Below are positions 25,930-39,970 of a stretch of DNA of 64,000 nucleotides, one piece after another. Origin of the DNA: Mobula birostris. Taxonomy: Eukaryota. The position numbers and the translations under genes were made by a program. The stretch spans positions 96,106,865-96,170,864 of the forward strand of contig NC_092377.1 in the NCBI RefSeq assembly GCF_030028105.1, in the 5' to 3' direction. The number at the start of each line of letters is the position of its first letter. Within the stretch, counting starts at the first letter, position 1. Below the pieces are notes generated by a model that saw only the letters and a program-made list of their open reading frames with translations, did not search any database and was not told the DNA's origin.

Positions 25930-27310
25930 ATTTCAAATGATCATCAGTCAAAGTATTGAGTGCAGGAATTGTGTTGTAATGTTGAAGTTATGTAAGACGT
26001 CAGTATAGTCTAATTTGGAGTATTGCTTGCAGTTTTCATCACCTATCTACAGGAAAGATGTCAGTAAGATTAAAAGAATGCAGAGAAAACTTACACAGAC
26101 CTTGTGGGGACTTGAGGAGCTGAGTTATAGAGAAAGATTAAATAGGTTAGGACTTCATTCTCTGAAGTGTAGGAGAACGAGGGAAGATTTGACAGCAGTA
26201 CCGTATACTAAATTATAAATCCAGGCAAGCTTTTTCCACTGAGCTTGGTTGAGACTAGAACTAGGGGTCATAGATTTATGGGTGAAAGGTGAAAAGTTTA
26301 AGGGGAACATGAGGGGTGACTTCTTCACTCAGAGGGTGGTGAGAGTGTGGAATGAACTGTCAGCGGAAGTGGTGGATGCGGGTTCGATTTCAACATTTAA
26401 GAGAAATTCTGAAGGTACTTAAATCATCTGGAACAGATGGGCTAAACCCAGGGTTCTGAAAAAGGTAGCAGAACAGATTGCGAAGGTATCAGTAATGATC
26501 TTTCAACAACCACTAGATCCTGGGATAGTTTCAGAGCATTGTTAAATTGCAAGTGTTACGCCGCTCTTCAAGGAGGGAGAAAGGAAAAATAAAAGACATT
26601 TTTGGTCAGTTAGCCTGACTTCAGTGGTTGATTACATGTTGGAATCCATTATTAAGGATGAGGTTTCGGGGTAGTTGGAGGCACATGGTAAAATCTCGCC
26701 TGGCAAATCTGTTGGAATACTTTGAGGAAATAATAGAGAAAGGAGAGTCAGTGGATATTGTTTACTTGGATTTTCAGAATGCTTTCGACAAGATGCCACA
26801 CATGAGGCTGCTTTACAAGATAGGAGCTGTATCTCAATAAAAAAAATATCAAAATAAGAGCCTATAATTTTACAGGAAAGATACTAGCATGGAAAGAAGA
26901 TTGGCTGACTGTCAGGAGGCAGAGAGTTGGAATAGAGGGGGCTTTTTATGGTTCGCTTCTGGTGACCAGTGACTATAAGGCATTGGTTAGACCACGCTCA
27001 GGGTATTGTGAGCAGTCTGAGACCTTTACCTAAGAAAAGATGTACTGGCATAGGAGAGGATCCAGAGGAGGTTCACAAGAATGATTTCAGGACTGAAAGG
27101 GTTAATATGTGGGGAACATTTGATAGTGTTGTATATTTAATGTTTCAATAGTATTTGAGTAATCTTGTATATATATATATTGTTTGATTAAGTGTTCTAG
27201 AACTGGAGAGCACAGCCTCAGGATAGAGGATGTCCCTTTAAACAGAGATGAGAAGGAATTTCTTTAGCCAGAGTGTGGTGTTTCTGTGGAATTCTTTGCC
27301 AGAGTTCCTA
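25930..27310 (+). mobile_element. CR1 LINE fragments
   Basis: VDIVYLDFQNAFDKMPH; LEELSYRERLNRLGL. Confidence 0.8.
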
Positions 27311-27759
27311 GATATCTTCAGCATTATGGGATTTGTGCTCAGTCTCCTGTCTGTATTCCCGTGACTGTGTGGCCTGGTACACTACCAAATTCAAAGATAA
27401 AGATTAGCTTTATCTGTCGCATGCACATGAAGCAAACAGTGAAATGCACCATTTTGCATCAAATCACGTGAGCGAGGATTGTGATGGGCAGTGCCCAGAA
27501 GTGTTGCTATGCTTCTGACGCTAACACGCCACAGCTTATGAAGCCGAACTGCATATCTTTGGAATGAGGGAGGAAACCAAAGCACCCGGAGGAAACACGC
27601 ACAGTTATGTGGAGAATGCGCTAGCTACTTACACACAGCAGCAGGAATTGAACCCTGATTGCTAATCATAAGTATTGTGCTGGGCAGCCCATAAGCATTG
27701 CCACATTTCCAGCGCTAAAATAGCATGTCCACACCTCACTACCTAACTTGATCTTTAAG

Positions 27760-29180
27760 TTTGCTAATTGTTAGCCAGATGAACAGCAATGATGAAATGG
27801 AATACAGGAAAGAGATTGTGAACCTTGTGTCATGGTGTTCGAACAGTGACCCAGCCCTCAACACCAGAAGGCGGAAAGAGTTGGTGTGGAATCAAGAAAG
27901 CAAAGTGCTGAACTCAACACTGTCCTTATTAATGGAGCTGCTATAGTGATGCTTCAAATTCCTTGGCATCTTTATCGCCAGCAACCTCTCCTGGTCCCTC
28001 CAAACTGACGCAGTGATCAAGAAAGTTCATCAGTATGTTTACTTTCTTAGGCATCTAAGATTTGGCCTTTCCACGAGGATAGTCTCAAAACTTCTACAGA
28101 AAGTATTCCGACAGGTTGAATCTCAGGCTGGTCCCAAGCCCCGCCTGCCTGAATCTGCAGAAAGTGCTAAACACAGCCTAGTCCATCACTTCCTTCCATC
28201 CAGTCTGTCTTTATGGTGCCTTGCATCAGGAAGATTAGTACTTTCATCAAGGATACCCGTTACCCCGGCCATTTCCCTTTCCCCTCTTCTTACGCTTCCA
28301 GTAAGGTAGCATGCTCAAATGCAACCACCTCTCTGGGTCCAACCAAAGGTGTAACTGTCCATCCAGACATTGCTGAATATTAAGAACACAAAGTACCGTA
28401 GATCTACCCCACTAGCGAGATGCTCAGTGGTGGTGGAGCTGGACGTTGTGCATTGTGTTGTAGCCTGCTTCAGCCACTCCGGGCAGAAGGCATCGGTGGC
28501 AGTGTGTAATCCAACAGACAGTGCAGGGTGTTTTTGTTGTGATCACAAGACCCTGTTGGACATTGTAGAATACTACAAATCTGATTCAGTGGCTTATTGG
28601 TGAGACTGATGGCAGGGGAACTGTGTGGCCTTGGTTATGGCATGGATCCAGCCCTCATTCATGCCTTGGAGTCATCTGTTGCAGGTGCTGAGGAAGGAGA
28701 CGCTGGAGATGGCTGTGAGCCGCTGGGTTGCGGGCTAGCCCCTTCCGGCGGTACTGCCTCCAGTGTTCACTCGGTCGGAGACTGGATCGCCTTCGCCCGG
28801 AGCCGTACTGCGCGACACAGGGAACCGCAGCGGGCTGTCCTTACAGAAACAGGGCTCCAGGCCAACATCCGTGCGCCATCAATCTACAGACCATGACTCT
28901 CAGGGACTTGGGCTGTATTATTAGATTTAAATGCTTTTTGTAATTGTTTGTTTTTCTGCTATGATGATTATATGTGCTATGTTCTGTGTGTGACGGTCGG
29001 TTCTGTGTTTTGCACCTTGGCCCCAGGGAAACACTAATGCGTCTGGCTGTACTCACGTGTATGGTTGAATGACAATTAAACTTGAACTTGAAACTGTACC
29101 TTGTGGGAGCGGGCACAGGAGATCAGAAGCCAGGATGACCAGACTCAAGAACAGCTTCTTCCCCAATCCTCCCAGACTCA
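27760..29180 (+). mobile_element. Rex/L2-type LINE fragment with nested insertion(s)
   Basis: YRKEIVNLVSWC...LNTRRRKEL; HQYVYFLRHLRFGL; 3' tail resumes near 29105. Confidence 0.55.
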
Positions 29181-30204
29181 TGAATCAATCGCTTCTTTCA
29201 CACCATCTTCTCTGCGGCACTGTCGCATTCTCTTAACTCTTCCTCTCTAAGTTGTTGTGACTTCATATCCTTTTCCCCCACATTACTTCAGATTCTTCAG
29301 ACCCTTTGCACCATTCTATTGTTTTATGCTCTTTGTCGTAGTTATTGTATTTTAATTATTATCATGTGTACTCTTTACTCTACGACCTTAGGCAGACAAG
29401 GAATTTCATTGTACTCAGGTGTACTGCGTATGCTATTCATATTAGCTGGGTCCAGTTGGATAATGACAAAAAAAATAAACTGCTTCTTATATATGACTTC
29501 CCTGTGGAGAGTTTGCTGACAATTTAGCCTTCCAAGGATCAGATGATGTGCCGCAAGGCAGAAAGAATGCAACCATGAACCTGCAGCACACCATTCCAGA
29601 CCTCTGAGCTACCAACAGTCATTTCACTTTGCACCATGGGTACAGACACTGTTAGCATGCTACTGAATATATGGATCAGGAAAATCTTTGCTGAGCGAGG
29701 TCTTTGCTGCTTTAGTCGGGTATCAGTTGATGGTGGTTCGATGTTGTGGAATGACACAAAAGCAAACTGTGTACTATCCAGTTTGTCTCCTTGCGAGAAT
29801 GTATCTGAGTCACTGGATGAAGGTGGGATCAAGGATACTGCAAAACTGTGTGCATGTAAATAGGAATACAGCTCCTATCTCCTGTCCGAGTCTAGACTCA
29901 CGGAGTGCTAGCTGTAAGCCTCAAGAAAATCTATTTTTAACTTCTGGAGTATCTCAGATATCTCTTCGTTAAAGAAAGCACAGGTTTAGATCAAGCATTA
30001 ATCTTGATGAGTAATGAATAGAAGCATGACAATGAATAACGTTAATGGGACAGTCAGTTACCCAACCCTTATATCACACCTACTCAATTCCAACTCGGTT
30101 AAAATCAGGTTTATTATCACGGTCATGAAATTTGTTATTTTGTGGTAGCAGAACATAAAATACTATACATTACAATAAATGTATATACACATTCTTATTG
30201 TAAT

Positions 30205-30859
30205 CAGATTAGATTATGAGGACACTCAGTCCTCATTTATTGTCATTTAGAAATGCATGCATTAAAAAATGATACAACGTTCCTCCAGAATGATATCACA
30301 AGAAAACACAGGACAAACCAAGACTAAAACTGACAAAACCACATAATTATAACATATAGTTACAACAGTGCAAAGCAATATCATAATTTGATAAAGAGCA
30401 GACGATGGGCACGGTATAAAAAAGTCTCAAAGTCCCGATAGACTCATCATCTAACGCAGGCGGCAGAAGGGAGAAACTCTCCCTGCCACGAACCTCCAAG
30501 CGCCGCAAACTTGCCGATGCAGCACCATTGGAAGCACCCGACCGCAGCGGACTCTGAGTCCGTCCAAAAACTCCAAGCCTCCAACCAGCCCTCCGATACA
30601 GCCTCTCCAAGCACCATCCTCTGCCGAGTGCTTCGACCCCGCCCCGGCCGCTGAGCAACAAGCAAAGCCGAGGACTCAGGGCCTTCTCCTCCGGAGATTT
30701 CAGACTACACAGTAGCAGCAGCGAAGCAGGCATTTCAGAAGTTTCATCAGATGTTCCTCTGTGCTCTCACGTCCGTCTCCATCAAATCAGCATTGTGCAC
30801 GGCACCCTACTTGACAAATAACAGACATCACCACCGGAGTGGCCGCTGGCCACCATCTT

Positions 30860-30860
<1 letters not shown>
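30205..30860 (-). mobile_element. Young non-autonomous retroelement (CpG-retaining)
   Basis: CpG-rich body with an AATAAA-containing tail on minus strand; family not identified. Confidence 0.5.

Positions 30861-30864
<4 letters not shown>

Positions 30865-30910
<46 letters not shown>
30865..30910. repeat. (TG)23 microsatellite
   Basis: Perfect dinucleotide run. Confidence 0.97.
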
Positions 30911-30913
<3 letters not shown>

Positions 30914-31499
30914 TTACACACAGAGCAAAAATAGTAAGGCAGTGTTCAGCAACAAGTGTATTTTATCTTTTCTGCCTCTCCCAGGACATCAATTTGCTCT
31001 GGGGAACATCTCCATCCAGTCCGTGAACAAAACAACTATCCGTAACCTCTCATACATTTCCAGTATGCCAATGTTTCCACTATTAGCAAATCCCATCTCT
31101 TCATGATGACTTCCCCTTTTTCACAGCAGCAACATGCCAGGTTCATCACTGACACGGTGCACATCGGTTCTTCTCCACATTGGAAGGACAAGTAATGAGA
31201 TGCCAGGCTAGAAGTTCTCAACTGATGGCAGTGGTTGACACAACAATATATCAAAAGTCATGCAACATGATGCTTGTAGACCTTAAAGACTTGAACACAC
31301 CAGAGTGGATTTCTGTATTCTTGTTCCTCTCAATGCTTCCTCCAGGTATTGTTCAAGGTGGAAGAATCGAGATTCCTCTGGTGATCAGAAGGTTGCCGTA
31401 TCCATGTTTAACCTGGTGTCATGGACTTCTTACAGTCTGGTGCTAAGATCTCTTCTGGGGAAGGTAAAACCTGTACAAAAGGGATGGGTTACACCAGAA

Positions 31500-33180
31500 C
31501 CCTTGGGGGACCAATATCCTTGCAGGCAGGCTTGTTAGAGCTGTGGGGGGGGGGGGGGTTTAAACTAACTCAGCAGGAGACGGGGAACAGAATAATAGGG
31601 GAGGATGGGGCAGTTGGTATACAATTAGATGATGTGTGTAGTGAGACTGTGAGAAAAGTTGAGCAGATGATAGGGCAAAATTGCAGTCAGTGGGATGAGT
31701 TAAAGTGTAACAGAGGGTCAAAATCAAAAAAAGATGATGAATACAGGACTGAAGGTATTATATTTGAATGCATGCAGTATACGGAATAAGGTTTTGTAAC
31801 ACAGTTAGAGAATGGCAGGTATGATGTTGTGGGCACCTCTGAATTGAGGCTGAAGGAAGATCATACTTAGGAGGATACACGTTGTATTGAAAGGACAGGC
31901 AGGAAGGCAGAGGGGATGGGGTGGCTCTGTTGATATAAAATGTAATCAAATCCTTAGAAAGAGGTGACAAAGGATCAGAAGATATTGAATCCTTCTGGGT
32001 AGAGTTAAGAAACTGCAACAGCAAAAAGACCCTGATGGGAGTTATATACAGGCCACTGAACAGTAACCAGTAGACAAATTACAACAGGAGATAGAAAAGG
32101 GATGTAAATCAGGTTGGTGCTGGATCTTAAGAGAGGGAATTTGTAGAATGCTTATGAGATGGCTTCTTAGAGCAGCTTGTGGTTGAGCTTGTGAGGAATA
32201 GCAATTATAAATTGGGTGTTATGTAATGACCCAGATTTGATTAGGGGACTTAAGTAAAAGGAATCATTAGGAGGCAGTGATCGTAATATGATAGACCCTG
32301 AAGATTAAGAAGAAAGAGCTAAAGTTGGATGTATCAATATTAAAGTGGAGTAAAGGAAAGTACAGGGCCATGAGAGAAAAGCTGGCCAAATTTGATTGGA
32401 AGGGGCTACTAGCAGGGATGATGGCAGAACAGCAATGGCTGGTGTTTCTGGGGCAAATTCGGAAGGCGCAGGAAAGATACATCCCAAAGATGAAGAAGTA
32501 TTCTAAAGGGAGGATGAGGCAACCATGGCTAACGAGGGAAATCAAAGACAACATAAAGTCAAAAGAGGAGGAATATACAATAATATAGCAAAAAAATAGT
32601 GGGAAGGTAGAGGATTGGGAAGCTTTTAAAAACTAACAGTGGACAACTAAAAAGCCATAAAGGCAGAAGATATGAAATATGAAGGTAAGCTAGCCAATAA
32701 TATAAAATCAGATACAAGACGTTTCTTAAAGATATAAAGAGTAAAAGAAAGACAAGAGTTGATATCAGACCATTGGAAAATGACTCTGGAGAGGTAGTAA
32801 TGGGGGATAAAGAAATGACGGACAAAGAAATGACTGACAGCGTCAGTCTTCACTGTGGAAGACACTAGCAGATTGCCAGAAATGAGAGAGTGACAGGGGG
32901 CAGAAGTGAGTGTAGTAACTATTACTCAGGAGAAGGTGCTTGGGAACCTGAAAGGTCTGAAGGCAGATAAGTCACCTGCACCAGATGGTCTGCACACCCA
33001 GGGTTCTGAAAGAGGTGGTTGAAGAGATTGTGGAGAGACTTTAAAAGATCTTTCAGGAATCACTAGATTCTGGAATGGTTGTGAAGGACTGGAAAATTGC
33101 ATATGTCACTTCACTCTTTAACAAGGTGGCAAAGGAGGCGGCAGAATAAGGGAAATTATAGGCCAGTTAGCCTGACTTCC
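31500..33180 (+). mobile_element. CR1 LINE ORF2 (endonuclease to pre-RT) fragment
   Basis: KGRMRQPWLTREIKD; KGNYRPVSLTS. Confidence 0.8.
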
Positions 33181-33229
33181 ATAACCCAAGAAAATCTGCA
33201 GAAGCCCAAAGCAGTCCGGATAGCAGTGA

Positions 33230-34425
33230 GCGTCAGTGGGTTTTCAAGTGACAGGGTGGGAAGAGACGGACTCTCACACCTGTCTGGACTACACCTCTTC
33301 CCACCCTGTCACTTGTAAAAACGCCATCCCCCTTCTCTCAGTTCCTCCGTCTCTGCCGCATCTGCTCTCAGGAGGAGGCTTTTCATTCCAGAACAACGGA
33401 GATGTCTTCTTCAAAGAAAAGGGCTTCCCTTCTTCCACCATCAACACTGCTGTCATCCGCATCTCTTCCATTTCACACATCTGCCCTCACCCCTACCAGG
33501 GATAGGGTTGTTCTTGTCCTCACCTACCACCCTACTAGCCTCTGTGTCCAGCACATTAACTCTCCGTAACTTCCACCATCTCCAATGGGATCCCACCACC
33601 AAATGCATCTTTCCCTTCCCCCACTTTCCGCAGAGATTGCTCCCTACGTGATTCCCTTGTCCACTCGTCCTTCCCCACTCATCTCCCTCTTGGTACCTAT
33701 CCTTGCAAGTGCCACACCAGCCCCTACACCGCCTCCCTCACCACCATCCAGGGCCCCAAACAGTCCTTCCAGGTGAGGCTGTTGGGGTCATTTACTGCAC
33801 TTGGTGCTCCCAATGTGTCCTCCTGTATATCGGTGAGACCTGATGTAGATTGGGAGACCACTTCGCTGGGCACCTTTGCTCCGCCTGCCACAGAAAGCAA
33901 AGATCTCCCAGTGGCCACCCATTTCAATTCTACTTCCCATTCTCATTCTGACATGACCATTCCCATGGCCTCCTCTCCTGCCACAATGAGGCCACACTCA
34001 GGTTGGAGGAACAACACCCTGTATTCCGTCTGGGTCACCTCCAGCCTGAGGGCATGAACATTGATCTCTCTAACTCCTTGTAATTGCACCCCCCCCTTCA
34101 CCTTATCTCCTTACCTGCCCAGCACCTCCCCCTTCCCTTTCTTCCATTGTCTTCTATCCTCTCCCTACCAGGTTCCCCCTTCTCCAGCCCTTTATCTCTT
34201 TCACCAATCAAGGTCCCAGTTCTTTACTTCACCCCTCTCCCCCTCTCCTGGTTTCAACTCTCACCTACCACCTTGTACTTCTTCCTCTCCTCCCGCCCCA
34301 CCTTTTTACTCTGACTTCTCCCCTTCCTTTCCAGACCTGATGAGGAGTCTTGGCCCAAAACGTCCAGCTGCTTACTCTCTTCTGTAGATGCTTGGTTCCT
34401 CCAGCATTTTGTGTGCATTGCTTCA
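33230..34425 (+). mobile_element. Penelope-like element (GIY-YIG remnant + hammerhead-like tail)
   Basis: GVIYCTWCSQCVLLYIGET at about 33785-33840; collinear with 13860-15215. Confidence 0.85.
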
Positions 34426-34954
34426 GATTCTATTTGTTAGCTCAGCCTAAGAATGTGCTTGGGCAGCCCGCAAGTGTTGCCACACATTCTGGTGCCAGTA
34501 TAGCATGTGCACAGTGCTCAACAGGACAACAGAGAACACAACAAGCAACAAAACAACAACAGTAAACTAAGCCCCTTTCCTCCCTCTTACACACACAGAC
34601 AGTCGACTCCAAGACAAGCCTCCCGGCCTCCAGCGGACCTGCAGACAATAGGCCTGTGACTCCCACTGGACTTCAGACCCTCTGATCCAGGACTTTGGTC
34701 ATCAGACTTTAACTTCCGGACTTCCGATCAACCCTTGGGCTTCGAGCTTTAGTATCGACCCAGCACTGCCTGAGGACAGGACCCGGAACTTTCTGTGTGG
34801 AGGTTAAAGTACCTCCCTTCTGATCTCATGGTTTCCCCAGGGTGTTCCAGTACCATGGAGCCTTAGTGACAGAAGGCAGGGGGAATACTGCTGAAAGTCC
34901 AATCTTGCACAAATGAAGAAAGCTTTCAGGAAACCTTTCACATTAATGTCCTAT

Positions 34955-35285
34955 GCAAAAACAGCAAACGCTAGAAACTCTCAGCATGTCAGTCAGCATC
35001 TGTGGTAAGACAAACAACTGACATTACAGATCCGGGGCTTTTCACCTGAGAAAAACAAGTTAGTTTTCAGGAGCGGCCAAGGTGAGTAGGGATAGGTAAA
35101 ACAAAGAGAATATCTCAGACTGAATGGGTTGATAGGAGCAGCAGTCACAGATATTGTCCAACACTAAAAGTGCACCAGTCCAGATGAAGGGTCTTGGCCG
35201 GAAACTTTAACTCCCCATTTCCATCCATAGATGGTGTTTGTCCTGCGAGTTCCTCCAGATTCTAGCATTACGGTCTCTTGCGTCT
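34955..35285. mobile_element. Old Penelope-derived element with inverted ends
   Basis: ctcagcatgtcagtcagcatctgtgg vs ccatagatggtgtttgtcctgcgag inverted similarity; hammerhead-like motif at 35177-35210. Confidence 0.55.
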
Positions 35286-35949
35286 CTAAGTAATGTCCTG
35301 GCCCTTTCACTTTCAGTCAGTGCCCACGTCAATCAGTTGGGTAACAGTCAGGCATGGGCTTCTGTGACAAGAAATGTTTGTGCCACACAATCGAAAGCTA
35401 ATACAATCTCCAACAAGAGAGTCTAATCACTTTCCCTGTGAAATCCAACAGCACGATCATCATTGACTAATTTTTAACCAGAAACTTAACCAGATGAACC
35501 ATGTAAGTACAAAGGCAAGAATAGGTCGGATATTGTGAAATCATTGATGGGACCTGCACCCCCCCCCCCCACCCGACTTCTTTCCACCATCTGTAGAGAA
35601 CAGTTAGAAGTTTAATGGACTTCACTGCCCTTGCTAGACCTAGTTGAGTACACCATTATTGTCACTCAGGGCAAAAACATGCAGTCAATTTAGTTAGCAC
35701 GCCAAAGCCTCTTTATCAGAATGCCCCCAGCAGCATTTTATATTTGAGTTGTGTACAAGATATAAATTAGCATAAACATATTAGGACATTGATCTAATGA
35801 TTGCAATCTGATTAAATTCAAAATAGTTCAAAGTTGGAGAATGCCAAAGCAGCTGCTAAGTTCTAGGTTTGGAAAATGGTGGTGCAGTGATGGTAAATTT
35901 ACCAAATCTGCTGATGAGTAAGGTGACAATACATCAAAGGGAAGAGCTC

Positions 35950-38240
35950 AGGGGAAAAAAATTAATATGATACTTGTATTACAAGCGACAATAAGGAAAT
36001 ATGAGAACAATATCGCAAGTGAGAGTGAAATTATCAAAATGTCTTTTATAGTTATGCTAGTAAAACCAAGAAGTGGTGGACCCATTGAGTGATTAATTTC
36101 CATCGACATTTCCAGAGAGGACAGGGATAACATTTCAACAGATTTGATGTTGAATCAGGGACAACGATCACTGAAAAATAGTGTGAACAAAATAATAATC
36201 CTCAGGGACAGATAGCATCCATCCCAACAAATTCAAGGAAGAGAGAAAATTACAGATGCAGTAATCTTCCATTGTTTCTCATTTTGTAAATCAAATTAAT
36301 TTACATTGTAAAATTGTATGTTACTCTTCTACTTAAAAAAGCCAGGTAATTTAGACCAGTAAACTCCAAATCTATTTTAGGAATATTACCAGAACATATA
36401 ATTGAAGAAGGAACGAATGAGCAGTTTGAATGTCTGTAGTTGTTCAGACACAGCCAGTATGGATTTGTAAAGTTTAGATCATGTCATAAAACCAAAATGA
36501 AGATTTTGAGGAAGCGACAGAACTGGCAGACAGAAAATTATATATGAAGGTTATTTGTATAATCTTTCAGAAAACATTCAATAAATCCTTCAATGTAGGA
36601 CAAAAATTGAAGCTCAATTATTGTTCCAGCTGATCAGGAAGGCAAAAAGTAGGGATAATTACTGATACTCTTGTTATTTGGACGTTAACTACTGATGTTG
36701 GGCAATAATTCACTATTCAAATTTGCTAACAATATAACGATGAGCAGCATTTTAATGAATCTAGATAGAGGTGTTAAATTACAAAGACATACTAACAGAA
36801 TGCACAAATATGCAAATCTGTGACAATGTGGATTCCAATGTAGGAAAAGGTGAGGACTTAAATGAGAAACAAAGTACCTTCTAGATGGTGAAACCTTGGA
36901 AGCAAAAATGCGTAGGGTCCATATAGATGTAATGGACAGACAAAGAAAACAGTCAGGAAGACCAGTGGAATGGTGACACTTACGTCTAGTGGACGGGATG
37001 ACAACGAGATACGAGACCATAAGTTTCAAGTACACTTATTTTTAAAGAATGCATAACCTATACAACCTTGAGATTTGTTTGCTCTTAGGTAGCCATGAAG
37101 CAAGAAACCTGAAAGAACCCAATTTAAGGAAAAAAAGAATAAAAATGAAAGTAAAAGACCAAACTTAATGCACAAGAGAAAAGGGAAAGGAAGTCAAACA
37201 GACAATTGAAGCGAACAACAGCATTCTGAAGCAAAAGCGAGTCCTCAGATCTGAACCCCGGAGCAGCCCAGAGTAGGCCCAAAGCCTCAGTTCATCATAT
37301 TAGGAGCACAGCATCTGGGCATTCTTAGCCTCGGCGCCATGGAGATGACCATCACAGAGATACAAGATAGTAGAGCAGAATCTGGCCAATCGGCCCATCA
37401 AGTCTGCTCTGGCATTCAATCAGGACTATATTTTTCGTTCAACCCCATTCTCTCACCTTTTCCTCATAACCCTTTAACACCTCTTCTCTTGCCAATTAAG
37501 AACCTATCAATATCTGCCTTAAATACACCCAATGACTTGGCGTCCACTACCCTCTGTGGCAATCAATTTCACAGATTCACCACCCCTCTTATCTCAGTTT
37601 TTAGGGGACATCCCTTCATTCTAAGGCTGTCTCTTTGGATCCTAGATTCTCCTACTAATGGAAGCATCCTCTCCACATCCACTTTGTCCAGGCCTTTCAT
37701 ACCAGAGTAATGTAAATTCCTGATCAGATGACCCATTAGTAATCTGTGTGATTTTGGGTACCACGTCTTAGGGAGGAGCCGTTGGTCTGGGATAGAGCAC
37801 AGAGTAGATTTATCAAAATCATACCTAGACTCCAAGGGTCAAGTTGCTTGAAAAGATTACATAACTGTTGTGTTCCGTGGAACTTGTAAGACTGTGCTGA
37901 TTTGATTGAAGGTGTTAAGGAAGACTGGGGGTAGATTACAAGAACCATTCTCACTGGCTGTAAAGTCCAAGGCTGGAGGACATGTTCTAAAACTGAAAGC
38001 CTAATCTTTCAGATCTGAAATTATAAAACACTTTTACATGTGGAAAATGAGAGAAATGTGGGACTGTCTTGCACATTGACCATTGATGCAAAGTCAATTA
38101 TTACCTCTAAAGCTGAGATTTATAGAGATATTTGTTAAGTAAGTATATCAAATTCTGTAGAGAAAGGGTCAGTATATGGAGTTGAGTTATAGATCAGCCA
38201 AGATAAACGTGGTGGGATTGATGGGCTGAAATTGTTTATT
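35950..38240 (+). mobile_element. Very old CR1 LINE remnant with nested insertions
   Basis: Decayed NFRPV and SQYGF-like motifs; minus-strand CR1 tail at 37355-37700. Confidence 0.5.
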
Positions 38241-38313
38241 TAAGTGCTCGGGGTCTTCTGGATCAAGAGGATGGACTTAGAGCCTGGATCAGAACATGGA
38301 ATTACAATGTTGT

Positions 38314-38702
38314 AATTAATGCCCCACCTCCCCTTCATACCCCATCCATTATTTATTTATTTATTTGTTTGTTTATTATTTTTTTTCTCCCTCTGTCCCT
38401 CTCACTATACTCCTTGCCCATCCTCTGGGCCTCCCCCCTCCCCCTTTCTTTCTCTCTAGGCCTCCTGTTCCATGATCCTCTCATATCCCCTTTGCCAATC
38501 ACCTGTCCAGCTCTTGGCTCCATCCCTCCCCCTCCTGTCTTCTCCTATCATTTCAGATCTCCCCCTCCCACTTTCAAACCTCTTACTAGCTCTTCCTTCA
38601 GTTAGTCCAGACGAAGGGTCTCGGCCCGAAACGTCGACTGTACCTCTTCCTAGAGATGCTGCCTGGCCTGCTGCATCCACCAGCAACTTTTATGTGTGTT
38701 GC
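38314..38702 (+). mobile_element. Young Penelope-like 3' fragment with 12-bp TSD
   Basis: TTACAATGTTGT duplicated at 38302-38313 and 38703-38714; contains the best-preserved hammerhead-like motif. Confidence 0.85.
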
Positions 38703-39639
38703 TTACAATGTTGTTGCCATTATAGAAACCTAGTTGCATGAGGGATAGGACCAGCAGCTTGATATGCTAGGATTTGTTGCGTCAGACGTGATAGAGAGGA
38801 GAGTGAAACAGATGGAAAGGTGGCACTACTGATAAAGGAGACCACCACTGCAGAGACTCTGAGGACACACTGCAGGGATCATCCGCTGAGGCATTTTGGG
38901 CAGAGTTCCAAAATCAGAATGCATTATACTGTAGGCCACCCAGTTTGTTGGAGGAACAAATATGTGGACACATTATGGGAAGGTTCAAAAACAACAAGTT
39001 TGCCAATACTTCCCAGTATCTATATGGGATGGAATTTATTCAGTGCATCTGAGAGGGGTTAGTGAAACAGTCTGTGGAGAGCCCAACTATCGGAAAAAAC
39101 ATACAAGGCCTGGTTTGGGGAAGTGAGCCAGGTCCAGTGACATTTCCGATAGCAGGACAGCATTTTGGGGATGGTGACCACAACTCATGATGTTTTAAGA
39201 TAGTTATGTGTAAGGACTAAATCAGATCTTGCGGGAAAATAAATGCGAGAATGTGTAAGGATTAAATCGGATCATGGGGGAAGGCAAATTACGACAGGAT
39301 AAGGCAGAATGTGCACAAGCAGGTGAATGGCAAGTCCAACAGGTTCCATGAAAAGTTGTTGGTGGAGAAGCTCACGGGGAATCCCAAGGCATTTTATATT
39401 AAGTAAAAGGAGATAAAGAAGGGGTAGGTGCTTGCAATGGGTTACCAAGAATAGTGGTGGAAGCATACAGTTTGGCTTTTAAATAGGCACATGAATATGA
39501 AAGGGATGGCGGGATAATACACAGGAAGGAGGGCAACTAGTGTAGACTGGCATCGCAGCCAGCACACCATAATGGGCCAAATGGCCCGTCCGGTGCTGTA
39601 CAGCTCTATCATATTGAGTCTGTTCCCGTTTTTATGCTA

Positions 39640-39970
39640 CTGTACATTTACAAAGACAGGTGTGTGAAAAGGGCCCGAAGGGTCATTGGTGACCTGAGTC
39701 ACCCCAACCACAATCTATTCCAGCTGCCACCATCCGGGAAACGGTACCACAGCATAAAAACCAGGACCAACAGGCTCCGGGACAGCTTCTTCCACCAGGC
39801 CATCCGATTGATTAACTCATGCTGACACAATGGTATTTCTATGCTATATTGACTGTTGTACACATTATTTATTACAAATTGCACATTGCACATTTAGACG
39901 GAGACGTAACATAAAGATTTTTACTCCTCATGTATGTGAAGGATGTAAGAAATAAAGTCAATTCAATTAA
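39640..39970 (+). mobile_element. Rex/L2-type LINE 3' end
   Basis: RCVKRARRVIGDLSHPNHNLFQLPPSGKRYHSIKTRTNRLRDSFFHQAIR; AATAAA tail. Confidence 0.75.

Noticed and set aside
29539-31538. Possible extra gene in unique-looking intergenic sequence
   Set aside because: No recognisable protein similarity; a trial exon after a minus-strand acceptor near 31470 has stops in all frames. A lncRNA cannot be excluded.
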